Virus record (IMG/VR): IMGVR_UViG_3300034032_000023
Location: 1 to 45,724 of that record
DNA from: a virus
Lineage: Duplodnaviria > Caudoviricetes
DNA: 45,724 bases
Direction: 5' to 3' (one strand)
Position numbers and translations under genes: made by a program. This document shows, piece by piece, positions 8,602 to 17,331 of the stretch; position 1 is the stretch's first letter, and each line of letters starts with the position of its first letter. The notes beneath the pieces are model-generated. The model saw only the letters and a list, made by a program, of their open reading frames with translations, ran no database searches and was not told the DNA's origin.

Positions 8602-9080
8602 TGGCTGATATCAACCTGGTGCGCGTGCCGAATGGCTACGCATTCGCCGATGCCGAGGCCGTCGAGGTCGGGAAGCGCCACAGGCTGGGCGAGCGCGTGC
8701 GCGCGAAGGTGGTCAAGCCGCGCTCGCTGCCCTACCACCGCAAGTTCTTTTCCCTGCTGCAGTTCGCGTTCGACTACTGGGAGCCGGACGACGCGGAGGT
8801 CCCGGCGGAATACCGCGGCATGCGCATCGAGAAGTCGTTTGCCCGCTTCCGGGATGACGTCATCGTGCTGGCCGGGTTCGGCACGCCGGTCTGGAACGCG
8901 CGCGGCGAGCTGCGCCTGGTCCCGCGCTCGATCGCCTGGTCGGAGATGGACGCGGACGAGTTCGACCAGCTCTACAAGGCCTCGATCGACGTCTGCATGC
9001 GGCTGGTCATGCGCTCCAAGGGCTTCACGCGCGAGGCGCTCGACCGGGCCCTCGAAGAGCTGGAGAAGTTCTCGGGCTAG
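8601..9080 (+). CDS. DUF1367-like phage protein
   Basis: PRSLPYHRKFFSLL...FDYWEP...PRSIAWSEMDADEFDQLY matches the family pattern. Confidence 0.8.
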   Translation: MADINLVRVPNGYAFADAEAVEVGKRHRLGERVRAKVVKPRSLPYHRKFFSLLQFAFDYWEPDDAEVPAEYRGMRIEKSFARFRDDVIVLAGFGTPVWNARGELRLVPRSIAWSEMDADEFDQLYKASIDVCMRLVMRSKGFTREALDRALEELEKFSG

Positions 9081-9448
9081 GCCAGCTCGTCGGCGAGGAG
9101 CGTGCGCAGGCGCTCGCGCTCCCCGTCCATCGTGTCGCCGGCGTCCCTGATGTCGGCCTCGGCCCACGCGCACGCGGCGCGGAGGTCCTCGCCTGGGCCG
9201 TCGAGGTCCTCGAGCGCGCTGACGAAGTAGCTCCGGCCGTCCGGGGCTTGGCAGCTGAAGCTGCCGGCGGTCATCGCCATGACGCCCGCCACGCGGTAGA
9301 AGGCCGGGCGGCTCTGCACGGGCTCGCGGTAGGCCGGTTCGACCCACGCGAACCCGTCGGGCGTCGGGTAGACGAACAGCGCGGGCCGCATGGCGGCGTA
9401 GCCGTCGCTGTCGATGATGATCACGGCCGCCTTCCGGTCGGGCTTCAT
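9077..9448 (-). CDS. Small acidic protein coupled to MuF; candidate immunity protein
   Basis: ATGA overlap with the MuF stop (9445-9448); 123 aa; function inferred from position only. Confidence 0.65.
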   Translation of the reverse strand: MKPDRKAAVIIIDSDGYAAMRPALFVYPTPDGFAWVEPAYREPVQSRPAFYRVAGVMAMTAGSFSCQAPDGRSYFVSALEDLDGPGEDLRAACAWAEADIRDAGDTMDGERERLRTLLADELA

Positions 9449-12400
9449 GGCCTGCCGCTCCCCTCGTAGTCGAACACTTCTTCCAGCGCGCGCCCGTCGG
9501 GCCACGTGCGGTAGCCCAGCTCGCGCATGCCGCCGATCGCTTCGTTGTACTCCGCCTTGTCGGCAAACACCACGCGCTCGAGGTCGTCGAACACCGACAG
9601 GCTGTCCCTGAAATTGGTCTCATTGCTGCCGGCCGCCGCCGCGCGCTTCCAGCCGGCCGGGTCGATCTGCCGGTCCTGCACCTGGACGTTGCGGTCGACG
9701 TTGCCGAAGCGATCGCCGGTGTAGCTGAAGGCGTCGGTGCGGCGCATGAGGCGCTCGGGGTTCCAGTGCAGTCCGGCCTTGCCCTTGGTGCTCGTGCGGC
9801 TCTTGAGGCGGGTGAAGATGTAGTTCGCGCCGCCGGTGGTGTGGTCGTGGCTGACCGAGCTGCCGAAGCTGCCCACGCCGCGGCGCACGCGGTCGACCTG
9901 GCTGCCGATCTGGCCGCCGCCCTCGATGATGCCGCGCAGGCGGTCCCACTGGCGCGAGCCGCCGACTCCGAGGCCGTTGGTGTTGTGGTAGACGACGTGC
10001 GTCTTGGCGAAGGCGGCGACCTCCTTGTCGTCGAGGTCCGGGCGGTTGAGCAGAACGCGGCCGTGGCCGAAGGCCTGGTGCTCGCCTTCCGGGTTCCAGT
10101 AGCGCGACTTCGTGATGTCGCGCCCGACGTCGGCGTTCAGCGCGGCCAGCTTCGCCTTGTTGCGCTCGGCGGGATCCGCGATCGAGCTGGCGGCCCGGTA
10201 GGCCTCGTCGAGCTTGCTGTTGCGGATGGTCCGGATGTAGGCGATGCGGTCGAGGTAGAGCTCCATGCGCTCGGCTTCGGTGCTGCGCGTGGCGCGCACG
10301 CCGATCCGCTCGAGCATTTCGAATCCCTTGGCCGTCGCCGCGGCGCCTGCGCCGTCTACTTCGATCACCACCACGCCCTGGCTGGAGATCGCGTTGCCCT
10401 CGGCGGGGACGTAGCGCACGCGTGTCCCGGGCTCGTCGATCGCGTAGTGCGTGCTGGTGCCGGCGAGTTGCTGTTTCTTGCCGTTCAGGCGCGCGTTCGA
10501 GCGGTTGAAGTCCGCCAGCTCGTACTCGAAGGCGCCGCGCTTCTGCCACGGCAGGCCGCCGGCCTTGCCCTTCACCGGCGCCGGGGCGACGTCCTTGAAG
10601 GCGTCGAGGTCGACCATCCGGAAGGCCTTGAGCGGGCCGGTGCCGGTGAGCTGCGGCCGCATGAAGGCGACCAGTTCGGTCTTGAGCTTCTCGACCTCCC
10701 GGCGCATCGCCTTCGCGGGCCCTGGCGCGAGGCCGGGCGCCTCGAGCGCGTCGAGCGCGGAGTTCAGCGCGGTGGTGACCTCGGTCCACTTGCCGCGGAC
10801 GGTCGCGTCCATCGGCTGGCCCTTCGCCGCTCGGCTGTTGACCGACTTCAGCAGGCTCAGCGTCTTTTCCCGCATCAGCTGCAGGCTGGCGCCTTCCTGC
10901 GTGCTGAGCGTCTTGCTGATCGCCTTCGCGCCCGGCTCGCGCACCTTCAGGAACAGGCGGGTGACCGGCTTGCCGGCCGCGCTGGTGATCTGGCTGACCA
11001 CCACGTTCTGGTCCTCGATTTCGCTGCCGTCGGTGCGGATCGTGTAGCCGTTCACGCGGCTCGCCTCGATCTCCGCCTGCTCTCGGGCCGTGACCCGGGC
11101 GCCGTCGGGCTCTGGCGCGGCCACAGGGGCCGCTGGGCGCGCGTTCGGGTACTGCCGGTCCAGATCCTCGCGCCGGGCCTTCAGCGTGCGCGCCAGCGCC
11201 TTCCGCTCCGCCTCGTCCAGCGGGCCCAGCTCGCCCACGAGGCGGTCGATCGTCGCGTCGTCGACGTCGAGTACTCGCCGCACGCTGGCCTCGATCTCCG
11301 CGTCGGTCAGGGCGCCGAACACCTTGGACGCCTGGGGCGCGGTGCCAGCGTTCCGCAGGCTCTGGATCTCAGTGACGCTGTCGCCCCATGCCGCGCCCTT
11401 GAGCGTGCCCTGGGCGCGGAAGCGCAGGGCGCCGCCGGTGTCGACCCGGAACGCGCGCGCGCCGCGCATGAGCAGGTTGTCGAGCGTCGCGCCGGCGACG
11501 TCCCAATTGCCCAGCCATGCGTCGACCGCGAAGCCTTCGCCCGCGCCGCCCTTTTTCAGCGCGGCAGGCGTGCCCTTGGTGAGCCCGGCTTCCATCCGGC
11601 TGGCGATCGCGGTCTTGCCGTCCATCGTCACAAGGCGGATGTCGGGGACGTCGATGCCCGCGGCCTCGTAGAGCTTCGCGGCGAGCACTTCGTTCCGGGC
11701 CTGCTCGGCGCTGGCCGGGAATTTGACGTACCACTCGGTGCCGGTGGCCTTGTCGACGTAGGTGCCGCCGGGGTTCGAGCCCTTCTGGGGGCCGATCTGC
11801 ACCATCTGGCCCGGGTTGATGTCCGGCACGGCGTCGCTGATGGGCGTCGGCCCTGGCGGCACGTCCGGCGCCTGGGCGATCGGCGCGGCGGGTGCCGGCG
11901 GCGCGGCCTTGGCGGCGTCCACCTGCTCGAGCACCTTCGCCTTCTGGGCGTCGCTCAGGCTGTCGAAGGCGAGCTGTTGCTTGTCCGTCGGGGGCTTGCC
12001 CGCGATCGCGTTCTTTTTCCAGCCCGCGAGGCCGCCGGCCTGCTGTCCGGCCGTGAGCTTTGCCGGCATCGCCTGGACCTTGGCCAGCACCTCTGCCGGT
12101 GAAAGGCCCGGGTTCTCGGCCAGCACGGTGGCGAGGTTCGCCTTCGGCAGCGCGCCCTGGGCGCCTGCGGCGATCTGCTCGAGTTCGCTCTGGACGGCCT
12201 TCGCCGCGGCCGTGGCGCCCACCTTGGCGTCGATCTCCGCCTGCAGGGCGAGCTGCGCGGGCTCGGGCAGCGCGTCGAACACGGCCTGTCCTGCGGCCGC
12301 ACCGGGCTTGCCGGCGAGCTTGGCCTGTTTCCAATTGGCCAGCGCTGCGGCGTCCTTGACCTTCTGGGCCTCCGCCTGGGCCTTGGCCAGCAGCTCGACG

Positions 12401-13449
12401 GGATCCATCGCCTGCCCGGCCTTCGTGCCCTGGACCTTGGCGATCGCCTTGGCGAGGTAGGGGGTGTTCTCGGCGAGCGCCTTGTCGATCGAGGCTTGGG
12501 CGGCGCGCAGCTGGGCTTTGCCGGCGCCCTTCGTGAGCGTGGCGGCGTCAGGGCCGTCCGGGACCGCCTTGAGGCCCTGCGCCTTGGCGAAGTCGGCGGC
12601 GGCTTCCTGCGTGGCCTGGAGGCCCTGCGCGGCGGCCTTCGCGGTCGCCGGCGGCATCGCCTTGATCTTCTCGGCGGCGATCTTCTGGAGGTCGGCGTAG
12701 TGGCGGGCGCCGGGGTTGGTGTCCCAGCCCGGGTCGAGGCCCTTGGGCACCTGCAGCGTCTTGCCGGTGCGCGGGTTCGTCCACGAGTACTTGCCGGCGT
12801 TCGGCGCCTTCGGACTGGGCGTCAGGCCGAGGTCCTCGAGTTCTTCCTCGGCGAGCTGGATGACGCCGCAGCGGCAATTCCAGCCGTTGGGCGGGTAGTG
12901 CGTGCGCCAGAAGTCGTCGTCGACCGGCAGGATGGTGCCGTCCCACGCCGCGTGCTCGGGCCGGGTCCGGTGGTCGTCGACCGCGTCGTAGAGCAGGTAC
13001 TCGGCGACGTCCTTGTTGGCCTGGATCTGCTGCCAGTGGCCGGCGGCGTAGCTGCTCTGGACGTTGGTGCGAAAGATCGTCTTGAGGCGGCCCGGGCTGC
13101 CGAGCTGGGCGACGATGGTCTCGCCGGTCAGTGGATCCGTCACGGCCTCGCGGCCCCACCAGCCCTTGGACTGGAGCACCGGGATGATCGTGTCGCTCCA
13201 GCTGCGGAAGCTGATGCCCTGGGCGAGCGCGTCCTCAAGGCTCGCCTGGACGTCGGCCAGCAGATCGAGGTCGGCCATCTTGGCCACGGTGAACGCGGTG
13301 GCGTGTTCCTCGCCCAGCATGTCGCGCCAGTCGAAGGTCGCCTTCAGGCCCTTGGACTTGAAGAACGCGAGCGCCTCGGCCGGCGGCAGCGTGAAGCTGG
13401 CCGTCGCCGGAGCGTCGAAGAATTCCAGCAGGGTCTCGACGAGGCTCAT
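9445..13449 (-). CDS. MuF/SPP1 gp7-family minor head protein with kinase-like and ADP-ribosyltransferase-like C-terminal extensions
   Basis: N-terminal AFTVAK, RLKTIFRTN, YDAVDDHRTRPEH, YPPNGWNCRC are MuF motifs; kinase-like motifs at about aa 557-670; ART-like motifs at about aa 1155-1277. Confidence 0.9.
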   Translation of the reverse strand: MSLVETLLEFFDAPATASFTLPPAEALAFFKSKGLKATFDWRDMLGEEHATAFTVAKMADLDLLADVQASLEDALAQGISFRSWSDTIIPVLQSKGWWGREAVTDPLTGETIVAQLGSPGRLKTIFRTNVQSSYAAGHWQQIQANKDVAEYLLYDAVDDHRTRPEHAAWDGTILPVDDDFWRTHYPPNGWNCRCGVIQLAEEELEDLGLTPSPKAPNAGKYSWTNPRTGKTLQVPKGLDPGWDTNPGARHYADLQKIAAEKIKAMPPATAKAAAQGLQATQEAAADFAKAQGLKAVPDGPDAATLTKGAGKAQLRAAQASIDKALAENTPYLAKAIAKVQGTKAGQAMDPVELLAKAQAEAQKVKDAAALANWKQAKLAGKPGAAAGQAVFDALPEPAQLALQAEIDAKVGATAAAKAVQSELEQIAAGAQGALPKANLATVLAENPGLSPAEVLAKVQAMPAKLTAGQQAGGLAGWKKNAIAGKPPTDKQQLAFDSLSDAQKAKVLEQVDAAKAAPPAPAAPIAQAPDVPPGPTPISDAVPDINPGQMVQIGPQKGSNPGGTYVDKATGTEWYVKFPASAEQARNEVLAAKLYEAAGIDVPDIRLVTMDGKTAIASRMEAGLTKGTPAALKKGGAGEGFAVDAWLGNWDVAGATLDNLLMRGARAFRVDTGGALRFRAQGTLKGAAWGDSVTEIQSLRNAGTAPQASKVFGALTDAEIEASVRRVLDVDDATIDRLVGELGPLDEAERKALARTLKARREDLDRQYPNARPAAPVAAPEPDGARVTAREQAEIEASRVNGYTIRTDGSEIEDQNVVVSQITSAAGKPVTRLFLKVREPGAKAISKTLSTQEGASLQLMREKTLSLLKSVNSRAAKGQPMDATVRGKWTEVTTALNSALDALEAPGLAPGPAKAMRREVEKLKTELVAFMRPQLTGTGPLKAFRMVDLDAFKDVAPAPVKGKAGGLPWQKRGAFEYELADFNRSNARLNGKKQQLAGTSTHYAIDEPGTRVRYVPAEGNAISSQGVVVIEVDGAGAAATAKGFEMLERIGVRATRSTEAERMELYLDRIAYIRTIRNSKLDEAYRAASSIADPAERNKAKLAALNADVGRDITKSRYWNPEGEHQAFGHGRVLLNRPDLDDKEVAAFAKTHVVYHNTNGLGVGGSRQWDRLRGIIEGGGQIGSQVDRVRRGVGSFGSSVSHDHTTGGANYIFTRLKSRTSTKGKAGLHWNPERLMRRTDAFSYTGDRFGNVDRNVQVQDRQIDPAGWKRAAAAGSNETNFRDSLSVFDDLERVVFADKAEYNEAIGGMRELGYRTWPDGRALEEVFDYEGSGRP

Positions 13450-13721
13450 TCCTGCTCGATCTCCTCGCGGTAGACGCGCTTGCCGGCGTAGTCGAGCAGG
13501 CCCAGCAGCTCGGTCGCCCGTGTCGGCCTGCCGAGGCGCTTGGGCGGGAACAGCGTCGAATGCGCGTGGCAGGCCATGACGAGCACGCCGTAGTCGGCAA
13601 CGATGGAGCCGTTCCGCAGCCCTGCCGCGGTCGCCTCGAGCGCCGCGGCCATCTCGAGGCGCCCGTCGATCGGCGCGACCGCGGTGACCACGCTCAGCGT
13701 CGGCTTACGGTCGTTGGCCAC
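13446..13721 (-). CDS. Hypothetical protein (91 aa) between portal and MuF
   Basis: Overlaps the portal end; ATGA-coupled to the MuF start. Confidence 0.65.
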   Translation of the reverse strand: MANDRKPTLSVVTAVAPIDGRLEMAAALEATAAGLRNGSIVADYGVLVMACHAHSTLFPPKRLGRPTRATELLGLLDYAGKRVYREEIEQE

Positions 13722-15228
13722 GGAGGAGGCCCATCAGCCGCGCCACGATGCCGCCCCGCACGAGGTCGTCGGCCAGCGGCTCCGGTGCGGACTCGGCCGC
13801 CATCTCCCGCAGGCGGGCCCGGAAGGTCTCGTAGTCCGACGTCTGCTCGGCGTAGTCGAGGATCTCTTGCACGCGGGCGCCGATGCTCGCCTGGTAGCGG
13901 TTCGCGAAGGCCTGCGCCGCCTCGAGCAGGGCCTGCTGGTCGGCACGCCCGCCGTTGCGGATGGCCGCCAGCGCGCCGATCTCGGCGAATTCGGCCGCGG
14001 CCTGCTGGGCGAGCGGGTTGGCGGCGCCGCCCTGCAGGGGCTCGGGCACTTCCTTGCGCTGGTAGCCGGTCCCGTAGGTGGCGGTGAAGCTTTCGTCGGT
14101 CCGCTCCCAGCCCAGCTCGCCGATCGTCTTGTCGCGGGTCGCGATCGCGTCGAGGTCCTCGGGCGGGTCGACGATGCGCCACACCTTGGGCGGCTTCGCG
14201 CCTGGGAAGTTCCATTCGGTCAGCCAGCGGACCACGGTGCGGTTGAAGCTGCCGCAGACGAGGTCGGCGTCGGCCTTCACCAGCTCGCCCTTGACCTCGG
14301 TCTGCAGCTCGTCATTGCCGAGGCGGCCGGGCGTGCCCTGCGTGCTGGCCGTCTGGCCGATGATCACCTTCGCCAGCGCCGCGTCCATCGCCGCGCGCAT
14401 GGTGTCGTAGTCCTGGGTGCCGCTGCGCACGGCGTTGAGGAATTCGAATTCCGTGCCCTCGGGCAGGATCACGCCCGTCTCGCTGGCCATGGCCTGCATC
14501 GCCTGGCGCACGCGGTTGCGGATGGTCGGGTTGTCGTACTGGCCGGGCGGCATCTTGGCGATCGCGGTGGGCATCCCGAATTTCTCGAGGAACACCAGCC
14601 AGAATTTGATGTTGTTGCGCTTGAAGAACACCGGCCAGTAGCAATAGTGCGCGAGGCCCAGCCCGTAGGGGCTGTCGTCGTGGTCGGCGCCCGTGCTAAG
14701 CGTCCACATCTTGCGCTCGGGCAGGCGGACAAAGCGGCCCTGACTCTGGCTCCAGATGAAGGGGGCGCCGCGGTCGTTGGCGTAGGCGAAGCGCGAGCGG
14801 TCGCGCACGCGGATGTCGGCCAGCGCCACCTTCCCCTCGATGAGGTCGGGCTGGTAGAGGCACTCGGCGACGGCGTGGCCGTACCAGCGGGCGTAAAGCA
14901 TGCCGTCGGTGATCCGGTCCCACTCGAGTTCCTGCAGCTGCTCGCGCATCCAGTCGGCGGCCGCCTTGCTCAACGCGTCCTCGCCGCCGGCGTCGACCGT
15001 CCACTCGCACTTCGTGACGGCCAGCCGGCGCTGCTCGAAGGGCGCCTTGCAGCCGTCGTCGCGCAGGGTCTCCCGGTAGAGGCCGTAATCGCCGCCGCGC
15101 AGGGTGAGCACGCTGTCGTCGGGCAGGAGCAGCTTCACGAACGGGCCGGCCAGCAGGCCGAAGTCGTCGTCGCGGGCGGTCAGCTCGCCTTCCGCGGGGG
15201 TCGGCTGGTCTTGCGGTTGGGTGGCCAT
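13705..15228 (-). CDS. Portal protein (Mu gp29/DUF935-like)
   Basis: PYGLGLAHYCYWPVFFKR, FLEKFGMP, KVIIGQT, VKADA motifs; follows the terminase. Confidence 0.9.
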   Translation of the reverse strand: MATQPQDQPTPAEGELTARDDDFGLLAGPFVKLLLPDDSVLTLRGGDYGLYRETLRDDGCKAPFEQRRLAVTKCEWTVDAGGEDALSKAAADWMREQLQELEWDRITDGMLYARWYGHAVAECLYQPDLIEGKVALADIRVRDRSRFAYANDRGAPFIWSQSQGRFVRLPERKMWTLSTGADHDDSPYGLGLAHYCYWPVFFKRNNIKFWLVFLEKFGMPTAIAKMPPGQYDNPTIRNRVRQAMQAMASETGVILPEGTEFEFLNAVRSGTQDYDTMRAAMDAALAKVIIGQTASTQGTPGRLGNDELQTEVKGELVKADADLVCGSFNRTVVRWLTEWNFPGAKPPKVWRIVDPPEDLDAIATRDKTIGELGWERTDESFTATYGTGYQRKEVPEPLQGGAANPLAQQAAAEFAEIGALAAIRNGGRADQQALLEAAQAFANRYQASIGARVQEILDYAEQTSDYETFRARLREMAAESAPEPLADDLVRGGIVARLMGLLRGQRP

Positions 15229-15260
15229 CGGTCAGGCGTCCTGGTTCGTGATGATCGGGG

Positions 15261-16730
15261 TCACGGGTTGTAGCCGCCGTAGGGGTCGTCGTCGTCGAAC
15301 GCGATGCTGCCATATCCCGGGGCAAGGTCGTCGCTGGGACCCGTACCGTCGAGCTGCAGCCCGGTGCGCGTGCCCGTGCTGTCGAAGTCGAAGAGGCGCC
15401 CGACGAGGCTCGTCCGCGCCCAGTTGATGAATTGGCTGGTGCTGTCGACCTGGTCGTCGTGGGGGGCGAGCGGGAAGATCGACAGCTCGCCTTCGTAGGC
15501 CTGCAGCCATTCGGCGCTGGTGGGCAGGTAGACCTTGCCGGCCTCGATCGGTCCGGTGGCGCCGATCATGCGGCTGACCTTGTCGCCCTCGGGCTCGATC
15601 GCGATCACCGGCAGGGCGGTGCCTTCCTGCAGCTCTTGGATCAGCGACTGGCCGCTGCCCTTGTCCTCGATGAGCACGTGGGTCGGCTTGTAGAGCCGGG
15701 CCTGCTCGATCGCCGCGGCCTTCAGCGCCGGGAAGGTCAGGCGCTCGCGGAAGACGTGCAGCAGGTAGGCGCCGTGGCGGGTGACGGCCCACGTCGTGCA
15801 TACGCTGGGGTCGTTGACCTGGTTGGGCTTGATGCCCGTATCCCAGCTCTGGACGACCGCCACCACGCCGTCGGGCTCGCCGCTGTACCGGCGGAACCAC
15901 TCGAGCTTGATGACGTTGCCCTCGGGCGTCGCGTTCCAGTCGCCCAGCAGCCATGCCCGCACCAGCCATGCGGGGCCTGATCGGCGCAGGCGCTGCAGGT
16001 AGCCGGGGTCGGCCAGGAGCAGCTTCGGGTTGTCGGTCAGCAGGCTGGGGATGTAGACGCGCTGGGCGCCCGTCGTGGGGTCGCGGAACGGCACGCCGGC
16101 GCGCTGGCCCTTGATGTAACGCTCGACCAGCCACGCGTGTCCTGGGCCGCCCGGGTTCGCGCTCATCGCCTGCCGCGGCGGGACGCCCGTCTTGTCGCGC
16201 AGGGTGGCGACCAGCTTGTCGATCGGCGCGGGGTCCGGGAAATTGCCGGCCTCGTCGATCAGGAGGTCGTTGTAGCTGTGGCCCTGGTAGCGGCCGGCGT
16301 CGGCATCTCGCTGCAGGAACCGGAGCTTCAGCCATCCGCCCCACGGGAATTCCCACAGGTGGCGGCTCTGGCGCCAGCGGGCGCCGATCGGCTCGAGCAG
16401 CTCAGTGGCGCGGCCGTTGACCTCGTCGAGCTCGTCGTACGTGCGGCGCAGCAGCAGCCCGCGGTACCGGCCCGGGTAGCGCAGGCTCCGGGTGATGGCG
16501 CGGCCGAGCAGGCTGTCCGTCTTGCCGCCGCCTCGAGCGCCGCCGAACAGGACGTCGTCGACCGGGCAGGTGATGAAGGCGGCCTGGGGGCCGGGCTGCG
16601 GCACCCAGATCGGGCGCTGCTCTCTTACTCTGGCGGCGTGCCGGTGCGTGCGCTGTCGAGCAATTCGGCCACCATTGCCTCGGCGGTCGCCTCCCGTGCT
16701 TTCAGCATGGCTTGCGTCTCGGCTGCCCAT
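15261..16730 (-). CDS. terL: Terminase large subunit (start uncertain)
   Basis: PQPGPQ, Walker A GGARGGGKT, Walker B LLIDEA, SANPGG, nuclease SWDTG, IEDKGSG, HDDQVD. Confidence 0.92.
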   Translation of the reverse strand: MGSRDASHAESTGGDRRGNGGRIARQRTHRHAARVREQRPIWVPQPGPQAAFITCPVDDVLFGGARGGGKTDSLLGRAITRSLRYPGRYRGLLLRRTYDELDEVNGRATELLEPIGARWRQSRHLWEFPWGGWLKLRFLQRDADAGRYQGHSYNDLLIDEAGNFPDPAPIDKLVATLRDKTGVPPRQAMSANPGGPGHAWLVERYIKGQRAGVPFRDPTTGAQRVYIPSLLTDNPKLLLADPGYLQRLRRSGPAWLVRAWLLGDWNATPEGNVIKLEWFRRYSGEPDGVVAVVQSWDTGIKPNQVNDPSVCTTWAVTRHGAYLLHVFRERLTFPALKAAAIEQARLYKPTHVLIEDKGSGQSLIQELQEGTALPVIAIEPEGDKVSRMIGATGPIEAGKVYLPTSAEWLQAYEGELSIFPLAPHDDQVDSTSQFINWARTSLVGRLFDFDSTGTRTGLQLDGTGPSDDLAPGYGSIAFDDDDPYGGYNP

Positions 16731-17170
16731 TCGTGGATGTCTCGCTCAGGTGGCACCGGCTGGATCCAGTCGGCTGGGCTGCGTTCGTGCTCGCCCGTGG
16801 GGTCGGTGTGGGCGATCTTGATCGGCGCCTCGAGGCCGAGCAGTCGGGTCATGGCGACGACGAGGAAGCGGGCCTCTCGGACCGCCTTGAGGTCGGGCTT
16901 GCCGCTGGTGGCGGGCGTCCACACGGCCATCAGCAGTTGCTCGAGGCGCTGCAGGTTCAGCGATCGGAAGCGGGCGGTCTGCTGGAGGTCCGCCTTGGCC
17001 AGCTCGTCGAGGGCCTTGGTGATGTGGCTGTGGACCGTCGACTTCGACAGGTTCAGCAGGCGGCCGATCTCGGCCATGGACGCGCCCCCGATGCGCAGCG
17101 CGAGGACTTCACGGCGGCGCTGCTCGACCTCGAGCTTCTTGGCTGCGCTATCGGGGGTGGGTCGTTTCAT
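16625..17170 (-). CDS. terS: Terminase small subunit (N-terminal HTH)
   Basis: HTH GASMAEIGRLLNLSKSTVHSHI; RLLGLEAP; directly upstream of terL. Confidence 0.75.
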   Translation of the reverse strand: MKRPTPDSAAKKLEVEQRRREVLALRIGGASMAEIGRLLNLSKSTVHSHITKALDELAKADLQQTARFRSLNLQRLEQLLMAVWTPATSGKPDLKAVREARFLVVAMTRLLGLEAPIKIAHTDPTGEHERSPADWIQPVPPERDIHEWAAETQAMLKAREATAEAMVAELLDSARTGTPPE

Positions 17171-17328
17171 CGGTCAGCCTGGGACGGGTTGAAAAACCGC
17201 AGGCGGTACATGCCGATGCCGGCGCCGAGCTGGGCGGAGAGCAGGCCGTCGCGGGTCAGGGCCCACAGCGCGGCGCCGTAGACGATCGCCCCGATCAGCA
17301 GCTCCAGCAGCAGCTCGCGCCGGCTCAT
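17167..17328 (-). CDS. Small membrane protein (53 aa)
   Basis: MSRRELLLELLIGAIVYGAALWAL...; ATGA overlap with the terS start. Confidence 0.55.
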   Translation of the reverse strand: MSRRELLLELLIGAIVYGAALWALTRDGLLSAQLGAGIGMYRLRFFNPSQADR

Positions 17329-17331
17329 CGG

